Origin: a virus
Lineage: Duplodnaviria; Caudoviricetes
Reading direction: 5' to 3' (one strand)
Virus record (IMG/VR): IMGVR_UViG_3300017766_002093
Coordinates: 1 to 48,053 of that record
DNA length: 48,053 nucleotides
Under the pieces are notes generated by a model. That model made no database searches. It was not told the DNA's origin and saw only the letters and a list, made by a program, of their open reading frames with translations. Positions 46,041 through 48,053 of the stretch are shown here, piece after piece (within the stretch, counting starts at the first letter, position 1; each line of letters opens with the position of its first letter). The position numbers were made by a program, and so were the translations under genes.

Positions 46041-46300
46041 AATTCATACTGATTATATTAGTAGCAATAACAATATCCGCCACGGCCTTAGTTGGCTGTA
46101 ATAAGGAGCAGGCTAGGGCGTTCTATGAAACCGCGACGCGAGAGGCCAAAATCCTAAACGCCAAAGTGTGCGCAGAAGAGAATGCGCACTGGCGCGAAAT
46201 TTTTATCACGGCGATACGATCCCAGGTGCCGCTATATCCCGAGGGAGGCTACTGTGAGATCCGTGAGATCATTAACGAACTAATCGATGCGACGGTATGA
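46037..46300 (+). CDS. Lipoprotein (spanin candidate)
   Basis: Signal peptide with LVGC lipobox, downstream of the endolysin. Confidence 0.65.
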   Translation: MKFILIILVAITISATALVGCNKEQARAFYETATREAKILNAKVCAEENAHWREIFITAIRSQVPLYPEGGYCEIREIINELIDATV

Positions 46301-46383
46301 AAGTATTTATACTGTCGGTGCTGGTAAGTATTTTGATTGTGATGTCCTTTGTTTTTGGCGCAATGGTGCGCGGTTGTTTCTAA
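46297..46383 (+). CDS. 28-aa TM peptide
   Basis: MKVFILSVLVSILIVMSFVFGAMVRGCF; ATGA overlap. Confidence 0.5.
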   Translation: MKVFILSVLVSILIVMSFVFGAMVRGCF

Positions 46384-46398
46384 AGGAGACCCATAGGT

Positions 46399-46701
46399 AT
46401 GAATAAGGTTACAGCGTTGTTTTCTATTCCCGACGTATTGAAACATGGCAAAATGGTCGCGAACCCTGTAGCGTGGAAAACCGGCCAGATTACGGTATCG
46501 GTACTGTCGGCCTTCGTTATCACCCTTCTAAATATGGCTAACGTGTTCGGCTATGAGCTACCAGTCACGGATGAGCAGGTCAACGTTATTAGCGCTGGTC
46601 TTGTGTCTTTTGTCGGCCTGTTCTACATACCCGTTACAACGGTCGCCTCTTCCGAAAAAATCGGAATTAGAGTTCCGACCGATCGTAATAACACTAGATA
46701 G
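46399..46701 (+). CDS. Holin-like protein with two TM segments
   Basis: AAGGAG RBS; two hydrophobic helices. Confidence 0.65.
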   Translation: MNKVTALFSIPDVLKHGKMVANPVAWKTGQITVSVLSAFVITLLNMANVFGYELPVTDEQVNVISAGLVSFVGLFYIPVTTVASSEKIGIRVPTDRNNTR

Positions 46702-46768
46702 ATCGGAACTGCCAGGTTTCGTTCCCAACGCTCAGGCGCTCGGCTTCCGGGTTGTGCTCAGGTTTTGA
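46571..46768 (+). CDS. Overlapping lipoprotein (o-spanin/Rz1-like candidate)
   Basis: MSRSTLLALVLCLLSAC lipobox, starting in the +1 frame inside 46399..46701. Confidence 0.6.
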   Translation: MSRSTLLALVLCLLSACSTYPLQRSPLPKKSELEFRPIVITLDRSELPGFVPNAQALGFRVVLRF

Positions 46769-47289
46769 TAGTATCTTTCCTTGATCCACAAAACCCGGCG
46801 CCGTAGGGTATCACGCACTTTCGGTATTTTCTTTCTGCGGGTTGTTCGCGGGTTCGGTATTCCTAGCGCCGCGTATACTAACAATACCGTGGTCAGTGAT
46901 ATGGCCGGAAACGCCGCTTGAGCTTCTTCTCTCGTCGCGCCCTGTAGCGCCATTATAGCCAAGTTGTCACACGGGTAAACGCGCGTGTGTCCTTTTTTCC
47001 TGCGCTCCGCCCGAATCCATTGTTGTAATACCCCTAGCGCTACTCGATGCCCTTCTTGCACCAGCCTTTTTGCGAGCAGGGTAGTGTCCAACAGAGGTTC
47101 TGCGTCGATCGCATCACAGATAATGCACCTAATATTCTCACGCTCACCCGCTGTATATTCGCAATTACTCGCGACGTAGGGCTCTTCTCCGTGGTGTTTG
47201 GTTTGTTCCACTACCCGAGGAGGCAAAGGTGCCAGACCCAGCGCGATGAGCAAGGACGGTTTGTGTAACTCGTGTCTATATTGCTGCAT
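46732..47289 (-). CDS. Hypothetical basic protein
   Basis: AGGAGAG RBS; TAATG overlap with the upstream gene. Confidence 0.6.
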   Translation of the reverse strand: MQQYRHELHKPSLLIALGLAPLPPRVVEQTKHHGEEPYVASNCEYTAGERENIRCIICDAIDAEPLLDTTLLAKRLVQEGHRVALGVLQQWIRAERRKKGHTRVYPCDNLAIMALQGATREEAQAAFPAISLTTVLLVYAALGIPNPRTTRRKKIPKVRDTLRRRVLWIKERYYQNLSTTRKPSA

Positions 47290-47486
47290 TATTTCTCTCC
47301 TAGATCATCCCTGCAACGAGCACACAACCCGCGCACGATTCGTTTATAATAGTATCCGCACTCTGCGCACTCCCCAGCGGTGCCGGGTTCTATCTGTGCG
47401 GCCTGTTCTCTGATCGAGGCTAGTGCCGCGTCCCTATTTTTAGTTTCTAATTCTGTTGCGGCATCGTTTATATCGCTGTGTTTCAT
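47289..47486 (-). CDS. DksA/TraR-type C4 zinc-finger protein
   Basis: N-terminal DINDAA (DxxDxA) and CAECG...CARC. Confidence 0.8.
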   Translation of the reverse strand: MKHSDINDAATELETKNRDAALASIREQAAQIEPGTAGECAECGYYYKRIVRGLCARCRDDLGEK

Positions 47487-47502
47487 TCTTTACCTCTCCT
47501 GA

Positions 47503-47697
47503 TTATTTAGCCGCGCGTAGCGCGTCCTCTATCTCTATAGTTCTCTTTGGCATAGGGCACCACGCTAACAGCCCTTCGCCAGCCCCCCAGGGGCCTTTTA
47601 TCAATACCCCGCCCGTAGTTAGCAACAACATAACCCGACCCTTATCGTCCGGCGGGTAGTATCTCCAATGCGTTTCTCGCGCCGTTAACGTTTCCAT
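47503..47697 (-). CDS. Hypothetical phage protein
   Basis: W..PP...LLLT.GG..G.W..AWCPMP pattern (DUF551-like); GGAGG RBS. Confidence 0.7.
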   Translation of the reverse strand: METLTARETHWRYYPPDDKGRVMLLLTTGGVLIKGPWGAGEGLLAWCPMPKRTIEIEDALRAAK

Positions 47698-48053
47698 TTC
47701 GCCATCGCCTCCAATAATAGTTCTTGCACGGTAGCTTTGGTCTCGACTCGCTTGAGCACAAGCTCATCTATCGTGTCCCTGGCTATTATGTTAATCACGT
47801 AGACTGTTCGGTCGTATCCGGATTGTTGTTGTCTAACCGGGCCTATACGCTCTAACACCTGCTGCCTATGTTCTAAGTTCCAATAATGCCCAAAATACAC
47901 CAACACGCGGCCCCCATGTTGTAGGCTCAGCCCATGCCCCGCGCTTGCAGGATGCACCAATAGCATTGGTATTTTCCCAGCGTTCCAATCCCGCACAGTA
48001 TCATTAGCGTTTCGAGCCGACATCGCCGTTGCTTTTGGGAACGCTTTTAACAA
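47685..48053 (-). CDS. SNF2-family helicase, C-terminal part
   Basis: HPASAGHGLSLQHGG, WNLE..QV.ERIGPVRQ, TIDE helicase C-terminal motifs. Confidence 0.93.
   Translation of the reverse strand: MLKAFPKATAMSARNANDTVRDWNAGKIPMLLVHPASAGHGLSLQHGGRVLVYFGHYWNLEHRQQVLERIGPVRQQQSGYDRTVYVINIIARDTIDELVLKRVETKATVQELLLEAMAKWKR
47931..48053. repeat. Terminal direct repeat, copy 2
   Basis: Identical to 1-123. Confidence 0.97.

Noticed and set aside
1-48053. Stop-codon reassignment
   Set aside because: Core genes translate full length in the standard code, and TAA, TAG and TGA all end genes

Overview
The window is an apparently complete ~47.9 kb tailed-phage genome. Bases 1-123 repeat exactly at 47931-48053, so it is a circular contig, cut inside a SNF2 helicase gene. 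The virion module is podovirus-like (T7/BPP-1-type): TerL, portal, scaffold, capsid, tail tubular A/B and internal/ejection proteins. The replication module is APSE/BPP-1-type: family A polymerase, DUF2815 SSB, DUF2800 nuclease, VRR-NUC, SNF2 helicase and primase-helicase. A Gram-negative-type lysis cassette is present. I found no integrase, reverse transcriptase, CRISPR array or canonical tRNA. Three things stand out. (1) A 3537-aa ejection-position polyvalent protein carries a CmoA-like SAM-dependent domain, a DUF3293-like domain, two ADP-ribosyltransferase-like domains and an HExxH zincin split by one of the ART domains; module borders are marked by a hydrophobic-x-Q motif. (2) A leftward early operon, driven by tandem sigma70 promoters with a conserved spacer, holds three recombining pentapeptide-repeat genes, a ~182-nt tRNA-like RNA between two covarying hairpin repeats, and a nested HTH gene; it is a candidate anti-defence island. 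(3) There are further structured intergenic RNAs, and a ~5.9 kb block of virion-appendage genes sits between TerS and TerL. All family assignments come from motifs recognised by eye, not from database searches.
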